From IMG/VR virus record IMGVR_UViG_3300037467_000240, positions 1 to 48,963 of that record: a DNA stretch of 48,963 bases; one strand, 5' to 3'. This document shows, in pieces, positions 17,406 to 27,605 of this stretch. Every line of letters starts with the position of its first letter. Position 1 is the stretch's first letter. Both the position numbers and the translations under genes were made by a program. The DNA comes from a virus (lineage: Duplodnaviria > Caudoviricetes). Below the pieces are notes generated by a model. It was given only the letters and a program-made list of their open reading frames with translations. It was not told the origin of the DNA and did no database searches.

Positions 17406-20400
17406 GCAGCCTTGTTGTTACGCAGCACCCGCTTGATATCCTGGAGCGTGCGGTTCAGCTCGTCCGACTTCTTGGCATCTCGGTTGCTGGCTTCGACGCC
17501 CAGCAAAGCCGCCCCCTTCTGAGCAGCCAGCAGTTCGGTCAGGAGCTGCTTCACCTCCGGGTCCATCGCCTGGCCACCAGAATTGCGCGAGGACACAGCT
17601 CGGACACCGAGATGGCCCGAGGATGTGCGGGTGAGCGGCATGATGGCCTCCGGGTCAGCCTCGCCCATCTCACCGATGTTGAACTGCGTCCGGGTCTTGA
17701 CAATGGAGCCGCCGTCGAAGGCGCTGCCCAGAGCGAACGGCACCACGCTCCGGTCCTCGTTGGAGCCGAAGTGGTTCCAATGGAACTTGCCGTATTGCTC
17801 CAGCGACATCCCGAGCTGCGACTTGTTGGCTTCATAGTACGAAGCCAGATCAGCATTGCCCTGGACATAGCCACTGTAGCTCCCGGCCGTCTGCGGACCA
17901 GTCGCGGTGGCAGGCGTCGTCGTGGCCGGAGCAGGGTCAGCAGGCTTCTGCTGGGCGGCCAGCGCTGCAGCTTCGGCTGCGGCTCGCGCCGCTTCGGCCG
18001 CCTGAGTAGCGGCAGCCTGCGCCGCCGCTTGAGCTGCGGTCGCCGAAGCCAGAGACGCAATGGCGTCGCGGACGCTCAACACGGATTGATTGACCGTCAG
18101 CAGACCTTCGACCTGCTTGTTGAGCGCGGCGAGTTGCTGAGTGGCTGTGTCCACCTGGGTTTGAGCGAATTGCGTGGCCTGGTCCACAGCATTCTTGACC
18201 TGTTCCAGGTCCTTGAAGTACTGCTCGCTGCTAGCATAGTAATCCTTGCTGGCGTCCAGATAGTCCTGGCCGACCTGCTGAAGATCAGCCAAGGCCTTCT
18301 CATCGCCAGTGAGCGCCTTAGCACTGGTGGTCTCGAACAGAGACTTGGAGCGCTTGTAGCGTTCCTCAGGCGTCAGCAGCGCGGACGGTCCAGTTTCAAG
18401 GGTCTGGCGGAACGCCTTCAGGGTCTCCACAAAGCCTTCAAACTTCTCTTTGACCGCCGTGATGGCGTCAGCCTCACGCTCGTAGGCTTCCTGTAGCCGA
18501 TCCCTGGCGTCCGTAACCTTGTCGCTCTCCTCAGAGAGACTGGCCATGTAATCCACAACAGAGGAGAACGCCGGGGCGATCTTCAGCAGTTGAGCATAGG
18601 TCTCAGCTCCCTTCTCCGTGGTCAGGTCCAGACCAAGAACCAGCTTCTTGAATTCCTCCTTGGTCTTGATAGTGCCGTATCCGAGCTTGCCCAGCTCGGT
18701 ATACACAGCCGTGATCACCGGCTTCATGCGCTCATCAACGCTGAGGAAGCTCTCACCGAACTCCTGCGTCATGCTGACGAGTTCGTCCATGCCACCGGCG
18801 AGGTCGATCAGATACTGACGCGCCTTCAGGGAGGAGACACCCACAGCGCCGAACGTCTTGCCGATGGCGGACAGCGTGATGTCAAGCACCTGGTATTCGC
18901 GTGCCACCCTGGTGAGGGTCTCAAACGCTCCCTCACCGACCTTCTGCAGCTCCGTGATGAACGGCGCAGCCGTGGTGGCCATGTCGTCGGCCGCCTTGCT
19001 GAACACCGAGGCTAGGGCTTCCTCAATCTCCTCTCCGGTCATGTCCTTGAACGACAGCTTGCCCAGGTTCAGGGTCATGGCGTCGATCAAGCTCTGGGCT
19101 CCCTCCAGACCCAGGACCTTGGCAGCCTCCAGGACCCCGCCGCGCAGGCTGCTGATGACGTCCGTGATCTGGTCCTTCAGGTCGCCGTCCAGGGTATCAG
19201 TGAGGGTGCTGACCTTGGTCTTGTTGCTGTAGGTGATCCCAAAGGCTTTCTTCTTGGTCTGGGTGGCGATCTGCTGGTAAGTGTTCCCAGAGACGCCATT
19301 GGCCAAGATGTCCGACAACGTGCCGGAGTTGAAGTCAATCCCTTGATCTTGTAGCGTGGTCTTCTTGGTGGTGCCAAACAGCCCAGGTAACAGCACCGAG
19401 AACGGGTTGGCAATCTTGGTAAAGGTGCCGGGTCCTTGGCGTGTGGTGCCGAGATTGAGGTCTGAGGTGTCAAACGCACCGCCAGGTATTTGGAGCTGGC
19501 GAGCGATCAAGGCGGCCAGGGAGCTGATCTGCGTGTCGATAGACCGCAGGGCCTTCAGCATGCCATTGCTGTATTCAAGCTCCTTGTTTGTGTTCTTGGA
19601 CACGGCGTCCAGGGCTCGCTGGATGCTCTCAGACTTGGCTGTGGGATCGCCCAGCACAGACCCGGCACCCTGAGCCTTCTGGCGATCCTCAGCGTCAGTG
19701 ACCCCCTTCTGAGAGCCACCGCCGCTCAGGCCCTTAACTCCAACGCCTACCATGAAGGCGACAGCAGCAGCTGCGACGGGGAAGGCCCATGGGCCGAGAG
19801 CTGCGAAGATGCCCGCGATGCCCTCTGCGGCCTTCGCACTGGCACGAGCCGTGGAGCCTGCGACCACAGCCGTGGTCTGGGTGGTTTCGCTAGTGACCGT
19901 GGCCGCCGTCTCAGCCGTCTTGAAGAAGATGGATTTGACAGCCATGGCGAACTCAAACAGCCGGTAAGCCTTCTCAGCGCCTTCCAGCACCTTGTATGCC
20001 GCAGACTTCTCGCTGAAGAACTCCTTGGATGCACTCAGCATGTCGCCGTAGTGCTGAATCTCAGCATCGCGAGCGTCCTTGCTGAAGGCAGCCAGACGCC
20101 GGGCGTCATTGCCGCCTTGGTCGGTGTAAGCCTTCTGAGCGCGAGCGATCTCAGCTTGCTTGCGGTCGTAGGCCGTGAGCGTCGTGATCAGCTTGCCCAC
20201 CGCCGAGCCAATCCGGCCGAACGAGCTGGTCAGGCCGGTGGCCATCTGGGAGGCAATAGCGTCGATGCGGCTGAGCGCGTCCACCTGGTAGTCCAGGCCC
20301 ATGTTGTAGTTGAACGTAGCCTCGTTGAGTTTGACCTGCGCAGCGGCTGCGGCAATCCGAGACTGCACGAAGGCTTTGCCATCCGGGTCTGCGGTGGATT

Positions 20401-22702
20401 GACCGCGCTGCTTCAGCTCCTGCTCGGCCTGAAGTTGAGCAATGCTCTTGGCACGTTCCAGATTGGTAGCGGTCAGCAGGCTGACCTCGCGCTCCATCAT
20501 CTGGATATTGTCGTTAGCCGCACGCGTACCAGCCAGGGTCTGTGACCTATCCAGCTCGGCGTTGTATTCCTTGGTGCTCTTGCGAAGCCCAGCGATCACG
20601 CCCAGCAGGACCTTCTTGGCATCACTTTCAGCTGCCGTCGCCTGAGCAATCAGCGGACGCAGAGCCGCCTCAAGCTGCATCTGCTCGTTGGCTTCTGCCT
20701 GAGTGGTGGTGCCGGCAGCCACGGCCGAGTTGGCAGCCTTCAAGGCAGTCGTCTTGAAGGTGATGTCCGACAGCTCCTTGGCTCCAGCAGCCGCAGCCTT
20801 GGCAGCATTGGCTTCCAGCTGGCGAGCCACGAAGGCGTCAATGTCACCCTTCTTGGTGATCGCTTTGCCAACCGCCTCAGTGGATGCTTGAGCCTTCAAG
20901 GCTGCCACATCGCTCACACCGTAGGCCTTGGCCAGCTCCAAGGTCGCTGCCGTGGTGGCTTCGACGGCCTGAGCCTCGCGGGCCAGTTGTTCAGCCCGGC
21001 GGGCCGCCGCACGCGCGGCCGACTCAGCCTTGTTTTCGGCCTTCGTCGCGTTCGGCGTGTAGCGCTTCATGATGGCTTCTTTGGTCTCCTTGATCTGCTG
21101 TGCGCTGGGCAGCAGAGCAGAGCCAGGATTGGCCTTCTTGAGCTTGGCAATGTCAGCCTCATAGGCTTGGACCTCACGACGCGCCCGCGCCGTGTTGTCT
21201 GCCATGTCGCCCCACTTGGTGGAAAGACGTTCAGCCGCACCCACACCTTCGGTCTGGGCCAGCGCCTTGGCCGACTTCTCGTCGGCCGCTGCGATCTTGG
21301 TCTTCAGCTCGGCTTCGCGCTTCAGCAGCTCTTGACGCACCGGAGCCAGCTGGTTGCCGATAGCCTTGGAACCTAGCTGCTCCTGGACCTTGGAAAGCTC
21401 CTGTTGAAGGCCCGCCGTGCCCTGTGCTCGTCCAAAGCTCTTCAGAGCATCAATGGCAGACGAGATGGCGTTGGTCACGCCCCGCCACGCCCGCTCCAGA
21501 TACCCGAGGTTTTCTGGGCCGACCTTGCCCAGGTCCTCGTGGACCGCCTTCGCCAGGCTCAGCTGGGCTTCCGTCGTGCGGCCCTGCTCCTCAAGCAGGC
21601 GGATGTGCTCGTATTGAGCCGCCGTCAGGATGTGGTATTGCGAGTTGAAGTTGGACGCGAAGTCGCTGACCTTGTCCCCCATCTTGGAGAACAACGCAAC
21701 GAACTCGTCAGCTGACCGGCCGGTGTACTGGCTCAGCTTCACGATATCCTCAGCCAGGAAGCGCATGGTCTCCCCGGTGAACTTGCCGGTGCTGGCAAGC
21801 TCCATGAGCACCTTGCGGGCGTTACCAATGCTGGTGTCCGTCGCGCGCGAGACGCTGACCGCCATATCATCAAATTGCTTCGCTGTGATCCCGGCGAAGT
21901 TGCCGGTGATGGCCAACGTGTTGTTGAGCTTGGCTGCCTCCTTGTTGCCAGACAGGAAGCTGCCCACCAGGACCCCGAACACAGTGGCCAGGGAGGCCAC
22001 GAGCACCACGGTAGGACCGATCAGCCCAGCCAAGGCGCGCAGCGATCCGCCGACGCCACCCGGCCCCATCTGGAGGACCTGGAACACCTGACCGCCCTGC
22101 TGAGCCAGGATTTGGAAGGCAGACTGACCCGAGGCCAAGCCGGTGACAACGTCGTTGAGCTGGAACGACATCTGCCCCAGCATCTGAGTCGTCTTGCGAC
22201 CGGACGTCGTGAGGTTGTCGTTGGCCTTCGCCGCCTTCGCGGTGTGCTCCCGCCATGCTAGGACGTGGCTGTTCAGGTCCTGCTGTGCGACGGCCTGGGC
22301 TTTCGCCGAAGCTGCAACCTGCGTGGCTCCTTTCGCAGCGTCCACTGAGGCCTTGTACTCAGCCTTGAGCGCCGTCTCGGCGTCGCGGATGCTGGCAGCC
22401 ATCTCAGTGAAGGCACGACTGGTGCGCTGCGTGTTGGTCTCAAGCGTCTTCTCGGCTTGAGCTGTGGTGTTGGCTGAGGCAGCCACCTTCGTGGTGGCGT
22501 TCGCCAGCTCATTGGCCGACGCGGCCATATCAGTCAGGGACCGCTGGCCTTCGCCAGCGGTGCTGAAGTCCAGAGCGCGGTCCAGGACTGCCTTGAGGCG
22601 GTCTGCGGCCTTCTCGATGGCGCGCAGCTTCTGCTCGACCGCATCCCCGCCCTGCTTTGACTTGGCGGGATCAATCTCAACGACAATCCGATAATCAGTC
22701 AC
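17402..22702 (-). CDS. tape measure protein
   Basis: 1766 aa, Ala-rich and helical; lambda-type QLNDVVTGLASGQ...QQGGQV domain; GEADPEAIMPL near the C-terminus. Confidence 0.93.
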   Translation of the reverse strand: MTDYRIVVEIDPAKSKQGGDAVEQKLRAIEKAADRLKAVLDRALDFSTAGEGQRSLTDMAASANELANATTKVAASANTTAQAEKTLETNTQRTSRAFTEMAASIRDAETALKAEYKASVDAAKGATQVAASAKAQAVAQQDLNSHVLAWREHTAKAAKANDNLTTSGRKTTQMLGQMSFQLNDVVTGLASGQSAFQILAQQGGQVFQVLQMGPGGVGGSLRALAGLIGPTVVLVASLATVFGVLVGSFLSGNKEAAKLNNTLAITGNFAGITAKQFDDMAVSVSRATDTSIGNARKVLMELASTGKFTGETMRFLAEDIVKLSQYTGRSADEFVALFSKMGDKVSDFASNFNSQYHILTAAQYEHIRLLEEQGRTTEAQLSLAKAVHEDLGKVGPENLGYLERAWRGVTNAISSAIDALKSFGRAQGTAGLQQELSKVQEQLGSKAIGNQLAPVRQELLKREAELKTKIAAADEKSAKALAQTEGVGAAERLSTKWGDMADNTARARREVQAYEADIAKLKKANPGSALLPSAQQIKETKEAIMKRYTPNATKAENKAESAARAAARRAEQLAREAQAVEATTAATLELAKAYGVSDVAALKAQASTEAVGKAITKKGDIDAFVARQLEANAAKAAAAGAKELSDITFKTTALKAANSAVAAGTTTQAEANEQMQLEAALRPLIAQATAAESDAKKVLLGVIAGLRKSTKEYNAELDRSQTLAGTRAANDNIQMMEREVSLLTATNLERAKSIAQLQAEQELKQRGQSTADPDGKAFVQSRIAAAAAQVKLNEATFNYNMGLDYQVDALSRIDAIASQMATGLTSSFGRIGSAVGKLITTLTAYDRKQAEIARAQKAYTDQGGNDARRLAAFSKDARDAEIQHYGDMLSASKEFFSEKSAAYKVLEGAEKAYRLFEFAMAVKSIFFKTAETAATVTSETTQTTAVVAGSTARASAKAAEGIAGIFAALGPWAFPVAAAAVAFMVGVGVKGLSGGGSQKGVTDAEDRQKAQGAGSVLGDPTAKSESIQRALDAVSKNTNKELEYSNGMLKALRSIDTQISSLAALIARQLQIPGGAFDTSDLNLGTTRQGPGTFTKIANPFSVLLPGLFGTTKKTTLQDQGIDFNSGTLSDILANGVSGNTYQQIATQTKKKAFGITYSNKTKVSTLTDTLDGDLKDQITDVISSLRGGVLEAAKVLGLEGAQSLIDAMTLNLGKLSFKDMTGEEIEEALASVFSKAADDMATTAAPFITELQKVGEGAFETLTRVAREYQVLDITLSAIGKTFGAVGVSSLKARQYLIDLAGGMDELVSMTQEFGESFLSVDERMKPVITAVYTELGKLGYGTIKTKEEFKKLVLGLDLTTEKGAETYAQLLKIAPAFSSVVDYMASLSEESDKVTDARDRLQEAYEREADAITAVKEKFEGFVETLKAFRQTLETGPSALLTPEERYKRSKSLFETTSAKALTGDEKALADLQQVGQDYLDASKDYYASSEQYFKDLEQVKNAVDQATQFAQTQVDTATQQLAALNKQVEGLLTVNQSVLSVRDAIASLASATAAQAAAQAAATQAAEAARAAAEAAALAAQQKPADPAPATTTPATATGPQTAGSYSGYVQGNADLASYYEANKSQLGMSLEQYGKFHWNHFGSNEDRSVVPFALGSAFDGGSIVKTRTQFNIGEMGEADPEAIMPLTRTSSGHLGVRAVSSRNSGGQAMDPEVKQLLTELLAAQKGAALLGVEASNRDAKKSDELNRTLQDIKRVLRNNKAA

Positions 22703-23054
22703 GCCGCGTCCCCAGAGTTACGCTCCAGGTCCTTGGGCGGTGGATTTTCGTGGTGCCACTTCCGCTCGGCTGCATCCAGCGTCTGGATGATGCCCCAAAG
22801 AAGGTCAACCACGTCACTGGCCAAAGACTTGTGTTCACCGTATAGCTGAACAGCTGTCCAAGGAATAGGCCCATCCATGGACCTGCAGGTGCTGAGGTCG
22901 TTGAATGCCTTCAGCCAGAAGACGTCATCTTCATCAATTGGTGGCTCGGCCAGATACCAGTCTGGGAGGTCCCGTTTCTTCGCGAGGGCAGCCTCAACAC
23001 TGAAGCCGTCCCTCGCGAATTTGAGCTCCCAGCAGACCCGAGCGGCTAGCGCTC
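22699..23054 (-). CDS. tail assembly chaperone, C-terminal (GT) extension reached by -1 frameshift
   Basis: Not in the ORF track. Hand translation gives GALAARVCWELKFARDGF...FWLKAFNDLSTCRSMDGPIPWTAVQLYG...NSGDAA*; the stop overlaps the TMP start (GTGA). Confidence 0.8.
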
Positions 23055-23471
23055 CCCCAGCGCCGTCCCGTCCACGGCGACCTTGACGAAGTTGGTGGGA
23101 TCGGTCAGCCAGACCCGGAAGTCATCGAACACCCAGTCAGGCAGGGCGGCGAAGAACTCCATGCACTCGTCAGCGCTGAACTCCACATCGTTGCTGTCGA
23201 TTTTCATCGACCAGCTCCGCACGCAGAAGTTTGCGATGATTTCCTTGTCCTCCTCACGGGAGGCCTTCACCGTGTCGGCGTTGGTGACCTTCACGCGCCG
23301 GGCACGTCGCACCGCCGCACGCCGCAGGCTCTCGTTCATGAAGGGCTTGTTGTCTTCGGTCGCCGGCAGGCAGAACAGCGTCGGCTGGTTTGGCAACATG
23401 TCGAAGTGGTAGGGCAGCGGCTTCTCGCCGTCAACGTTCAGGCCATCGGCCAACTTGCCGTACTTGCTCAT
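23046..23471 (-). CDS. tail assembly chaperone (G)
   Basis: Between tail tube and TMP; ends CTG GGG GAG CGC TAG. Confidence 0.8.
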   Translation of the reverse strand: MSKYGKLADGLNVDGEKPLPYHFDMLPNQPTLFCLPATEDNKPFMNESLRRAAVRRARRVKVTNADTVKASREEDKEIIANFCVRSWSMKIDSNDVEFSADECMEFFAALPDWVFDDFRVWLTDPTNFVKVAVDGTALGER

Positions 23472-23503
23472 TCGTTCAATCCTCAGGTTTCTCAGCCAGA
23501 TAC

Positions 23504-23532
23504 AGAAAAGGCCCCGCCGCTAAGCGGGGCCT
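23504..23532 (-). terminator. rho-independent terminator after the tail tube gene
   Basis: AGGCCCCGC-ttagcg-GCGGGGCCTTTTCT on the minus strand. Confidence 0.8.
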
Positions 23533-23551
23533 CGCGCTTCTGTAGATTGCC

Positions 23552-25048
23552 CTACGCCGGCAGATAAGGGAAGAAGCTGGCGCTGAGGCTGTAGCCCAGC
23601 GCATCGTCCTTACGGGCCTGGAGCGTCGAGTTCAGCGTCACCGACTGGTTGACCGGGAAGGCGCGGTCACCACCGTCCAGCTCGCCGGACGGGATGTCGA
23701 AGTACACGCCGCCGTCGCCGTTCTTGATGCAGAAGTCCAGGCCGACCGTGGTGTTGCCACGGATGCGGGCCACGACCGCGCCGTTGGAGAACAACAGGGT
23801 GGATTGAATGTCCACTTCGAAGTTGCCGACGTTCATGTAGGCCGCGCCGAGCTTCCCCAGCACCTTCTCAGGCGAGACGTTGTTGGTCAACGTCAGGGTC
23901 ATGGACTTGAAGTCCGTGGTCAGGCCTGACTCGTCAACGTCCTGGATGCGCAGCCGCGCCAGGTCCGTGGCCGAGGACAGCGCTGCCGTTGCCGTCTGCG
24001 ATTGGGCGTTGCCCGAGTTGGTGGCGGGGGTGGCAGACGGCGACTGCGTATCCGTGCCCACGAAACCGAAGCTGGCCGTGGCCTTGTCCGTCAGGTTGAT
24101 ATTGAGCGTGATCGCGTCGGCGTAGTTGCCCAGCGCCTGCTCGTAGTTCGTGGCGCCACCGGTGCCCAGGTTCGGGCTGGTGAGCTGGAACTGCGTGGAG
24201 GTCTCCTGGTAGTCGGCATCACCCACGTCCACGTTGCGGCAGAACTCGCCGAACAGGATGTCAATGTCCTTGCCGGTGCCGGCGTCGGTGACGAAGGCTT
24301 GACCCTTCTTTTCCAGCGTCAGCTTGTTGGCCGCGATCACCCGGATGCGGGCGAAGCCGGTGTTGGCCGCGTTGGCGAACTGGTTGCCCACCGCAGCGCC
24401 GCCGACCCAGATGAACTGGCCGACGTACAGGCCGAGCGTGGTGAAGTCCAGAGCCGTGCTGATCAGGTTGCCCTGGGCATCGATCTGGAGGTCAGCGGTG
24501 GCGCCACGGACCCCGGCGATGCTGACCATGGCCGACTTGGTGGCAGCCACGGTCTCAGCCGTGAGGCCGGTAACCGCGATGGTGGTCGCCGCGTTGGCCA
24601 CCGCACCGGTGATGACCTTCAGGCCGTTGTTAGCCGCGATGACGAAGCCGCGAGCATAGACCAGGGTCTTGGCAGCGCTGGCGCCGTAGGTGAACTTGGT
24701 GTTAGTGACGGCCGGAACCGTGTAGCCGCTGGAAGTCACCGCGCTCGGGATGTAGGTGGGCGGGCCAACGTACTTGGCGTAGAAGAACGCATCCAGGACG
24801 TCGCGCAGCTGCTCATACGTGGCGTCCGCTTCGAACTCCACGCCGCTGTTCAGGTCGGTGACGACGCCCTTCCGACGCTGGCGGGCCTTCTGGATCGGCG
24901 TCCGCGCAACGCGGCTGATCTGAGCCCCGAAGCGGTTGATGTTGTTCGGTTCCGCCTGCTTCCAGACAGGGGAGCCGCCGGGCAGGACGCCCAGAGAAGC
25001 CTCACGCGTGTACGCGAGACTGATGCTGTTGGTAGTAACGCGTGCCAT
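23552..25048 (-). CDS. major tail tube protein
   Basis: 498 aa, strong SD, followed by a terminator and the chaperones; RQRRKGVVTDL motif. Confidence 0.82.
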   Translation of the reverse strand: MARVTTNSISLAYTREASLGVLPGGSPVWKQAEPNNINRFGAQISRVARTPIQKARQRRKGVVTDLNSGVEFEADATYEQLRDVLDAFFYAKYVGPPTYIPSAVTSSGYTVPAVTNTKFTYGASAAKTLVYARGFVIAANNGLKVITGAVANAATTIAVTGLTAETVAATKSAMVSIAGVRGATADLQIDAQGNLISTALDFTTLGLYVGQFIWVGGAAVGNQFANAANTGFARIRVIAANKLTLEKKGQAFVTDAGTGKDIDILFGEFCRNVDVGDADYQETSTQFQLTSPNLGTGGATNYEQALGNYADAITLNINLTDKATASFGFVGTDTQSPSATPATNSGNAQSQTATAALSSATDLARLRIQDVDESGLTTDFKSMTLTLTNNVSPEKVLGKLGAAYMNVGNFEVDIQSTLLFSNGAVVARIRGNTTVGLDFCIKNGDGGVYFDIPSGELDGGDRAFPVNQSVTLNSTLQARKDDALGYSLSASFFPYLPA

Positions 25049-25060
25049 GGGGTGGCTCCT

Positions 25061-25486
25061 CTATTTGATCTGGATATAGTCGAAGTTGGCTTGAATAGTC
25101 GAGCCCCACCAACGTCCATCTTCGACATTGCCGATTTCACGCGGTATGACGTCCTTGAAGCGGATGCTCGTGCCAGGGATCGTGCGACCTTCGAACAGAG
25201 CCTGACCGGCCACCATCAGAGTGTCAGCCAGCTTGGTGCCCTTATCAGGCAGCACAAAGACTTGAAGAAAGGCCGCAGCCTCCCTGTAGAACTTGCGATT
25301 ACCTTGTTGCCCCAGCGTTTGCTGACCGGCATACAAGTGACGCACAGAGAGGCGCACCCAGCCATCAGCATCACCTTGATACTGCTCGTTGTCGAAGCGA
25401 TACGGGCTGATGTCATTCCACTCGGCCAGGAACCGCTGGATGATGGCTGCCTTGACTTCAGGAAGCGTGCTGCTGTTGTCGCTCAT
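25061..25486 (-). CDS. tail terminator-like protein
   Basis: GWVRLSVRH...QVFV...GT; synteny. Confidence 0.65.
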   Translation of the reverse strand: MSDNSSTLPEVKAAIIQRFLAEWNDISPYRFDNEQYQGDADGWVRLSVRHLYAGQQTLGQQGNRKFYREAAAFLQVFVLPDKGTKLADTLMVAGQALFEGRTIPGTSIRFKDVIPREIGNVEDGRWWGSTIQANFDYIQIK

Positions 25487-25881
25487 CGTTGCGCTCGCTG
25501 CGCCACAGCCTGGATGATCGCGGCCTGGATGAAGGCCGCTGGTGCTTGGGCAGACCAGCCGTCATTCAAGCGCCGGATGTACGGAACGCCATTGGTGCAG
25601 AACACCGGGCCTTCCGCCATGGTGTAGGACGCCAGCTGCGCCTGAGCTGCCGCCGACTGCTGAGCTGCCCGAGCTACATCAGCCGGGGTGGCTTCGCTCG
25701 CCAGCGCCGGGACCGGCGGAGCAGGCACCCCGATGCTGGGCACCCAATTGGCGGCAGCCCAACCGGTCTTGCGAGGCGTGGTCTCGCGCAGGGTGGCTGT
25801 GATATCGAACGCCAGCCCAACCACCTCAGCCTCGGTATACCGGGCCAGGTCGCCGATGATGGCAGCTACCTGGTCCGCCAT
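25483..25881 (-). CDS. HK97 gp10-like tail completion protein
   Basis: TPRKTGWAAANW, NGVPYIRRLNDGWSAQAPAAF. Confidence 0.75.
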   Translation of the reverse strand: MADQVAAIIGDLARYTEAEVVGLAFDITATLRETTPRKTGWAAANWVPSIGVPAPPVPALASEATPADVARAAQQSAAAQAQLASYTMAEGPVFCTNGVPYIRRLNDGWSAQAPAAFIQAAIIQAVAQRAQR

Positions 25882-25884
25882 GCC

Positions 25885-26424
25885 CTACTCCTGCGGAGGA
25901 TCGGCCGGAGCTTCGGAAGTGGTCTCCGGCTGCGTCTCGGCGGTCGGCTGCGTCTCCGGCTGCTCCGTCTGCTCCGGTGCATCCTCGGTGGCTTCCGGCT
26001 GCGTCCCGGCTGGCTTCGGAGCGTCGGCCAGCATCTCGGCTTGGCGAGCCTCAGCAGCGGCCTTACCGCGCACCTTCTGCATCTTGGAAACGTCCCACGA
26101 CGGGGTGAGCTGGTAGAAGCCCGCGCCGGTGTGGACCATCTCGACCGAATGGACGGGACCAGCATCAAGCGCCGCCGCAGCCGCCTCCACTTCAGCGACG
26201 TCCACGATGGGGTCACCCGCCATGTCGTCCTGCGTGGGGCTGGGGCGGTAGTCCTTGGCGTACACGGCGCGCCCAGAGGTCCAGAGCCTCAGCTTGTTGC
26301 CGACACCCAGGTCATCCGGGATGGGATCGCCAGGGTTGAGGTCCGTGCCGTTGAACAGCAGGACCTTGCGGGCCACCAAAGGCTCATCCTTGAGGAAGTA
26401 GCGGGGCGACAGGCGACGGTCCAC
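25885..26424 (-). CDS. hypothetical virion-associated protein with acidic Pro/Glu/Thr tail
   Basis: Directly after the MCP; QPET repeats at the C-terminus. Confidence 0.6.
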   Translation of the reverse strand: MDRRLSPRYFLKDEPLVARKVLLFNGTDLNPGDPIPDDLGVGNKLRLWTSGRAVYAKDYRPSPTQDDMAGDPIVDVAEVEAAAAALDAGPVHSVEMVHTGAGFYQLTPSWDVSKMQKVRGKAAAEARQAEMLADAPKPAGTQPEATEDAPEQTEQPETQPTAETQPETTSEAPADPPQE

Positions 26425-26513
26425 AGGCAGGCCTCATTGTCAGTTTCTGACGCCTCAGGCCCGGACTGAACTAGCCAGCCGGGCCTTCGGCGACACAGGC
26501 TCTGGCGAACCTG

Positions 26514-27545
26514 TTAGGCGATGATGCCGTTGAAGAAGTAGCCGAGGTCAGCGCCGACCAGCTTCTGGTCATACGCCGCTTCGATCTCCACCCGGTCGGA
26601 AGCCAGGTGTTCCATGCGGAACTTCTTCATGCGGGCACCTTGCTGGGTGGCGGCCAGGTAGCCGGTCCAGCTGAAGGTGTAGCCGGCAGAGGGGGTCAGC
26701 ACGGACGGGGTGGGGTTGGCGTAGTACAGCCCCGCGTGCTTGCCGCCGATGAAGGCGTTGGTCTCGGTGTCGGTCGTGCCCTTCTTTTTGGCGCTGTTGT
26801 AGATGGCGTCCATGACCACCACTTCGTCCAGCTCCAGGATCGCGGCGATGGCGGCGCGGTTGGCCATGGCGGCCCCTTGCGTCTGACCACGGTCCATCCG
26901 GGCGATGAAGTCCGGGTGGTCCACGAGCACATCGAACACCGGGCGGCCGAGGACCAGCTTGTTCGGCCGGAAGCCGGTGCGCTCCTGCATCTTGGTCATG
27001 CCTTGGCGCATGTCCTCGATGGGGTTGCTGGCGCCATCGTTCCACCGCAGCTTGTCGTTGGACGACAGGTTGGTGGGATCGAAGCTGCCGGCCGCCGTGG
27101 CGCCGCTGTCAACGCCGTCAGCCTGGAAGGTCCAGACGCCGGTGGTGAAGTAGCGGGCAGCCCAGCGACGCTCGCGGTTGAGCCGGAACTTGTGCGACAG
27201 GAACATGGTCGCGTCGCGGTCCAGGTTCAGCGGATCGTCGGCGTTGCCGCGCAGCTGGTCCGGGATGTCCTTGTGGAGGGCCTTGACCGGAGCGTAGTAG
27301 GCGTTGGTGCCCAGCTCGTAGCCGCTGCCGGCGCTCTCCGCGCCAGGGGCGCGCTCCTCCATCTCGTCACGGTTCCAGTCATCCCGGTCGTATTCGAAGT
27401 AGGCGTCAGCCTGCTTGGTGACCGGGATGTTCGGGAACACCTTGTCGGCGACAAAGGCGCTTTCCGGCTGCATGTAGCCGACCAGGATGTTGGTCAGCGG
27501 CCGGGAGACGTGGACGTCACCGGGCGTCGGGCTGATATAGGGCAT
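26514..27545 (-). CDS. major capsid protein
   Basis: HVSRPLTNI..GY, FVADKVFP, GFRPNKLVLG, PSAGYTF; strong codon bias; SD AAGGAG. Confidence 0.9.
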   Translation of the reverse strand: MPYISPTPGDVHVSRPLTNILVGYMQPESAFVADKVFPNIPVTKQADAYFEYDRDDWNRDEMEERAPGAESAGSGYELGTNAYYAPVKALHKDIPDQLRGNADDPLNLDRDATMFLSHKFRLNRERRWAARYFTTGVWTFQADGVDSGATAAGSFDPTNLSSNDKLRWNDGASNPIEDMRQGMTKMQERTGFRPNKLVLGRPVFDVLVDHPDFIARMDRGQTQGAAMANRAAIAAILELDEVVVMDAIYNSAKKKGTTDTETNAFIGGKHAGLYYANPTPSVLTPSAGYTFSWTGYLAATQQGARMKKFRMEHLASDRVEIEAAYDQKLVGADLGYFFNGIIA

Positions 27546-27605
27546 TCTCGTCTCCTTGGGCTACGCCCGGTGGGGTTACAGATCAGGTCTCAGCTGGTCC
27601 AGGCC

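Noticed and set aside
25885-26010. GGCTGCGTCTC-type short repeats
   Set aside because: They simply encode the low-complexity QPET protein tail.
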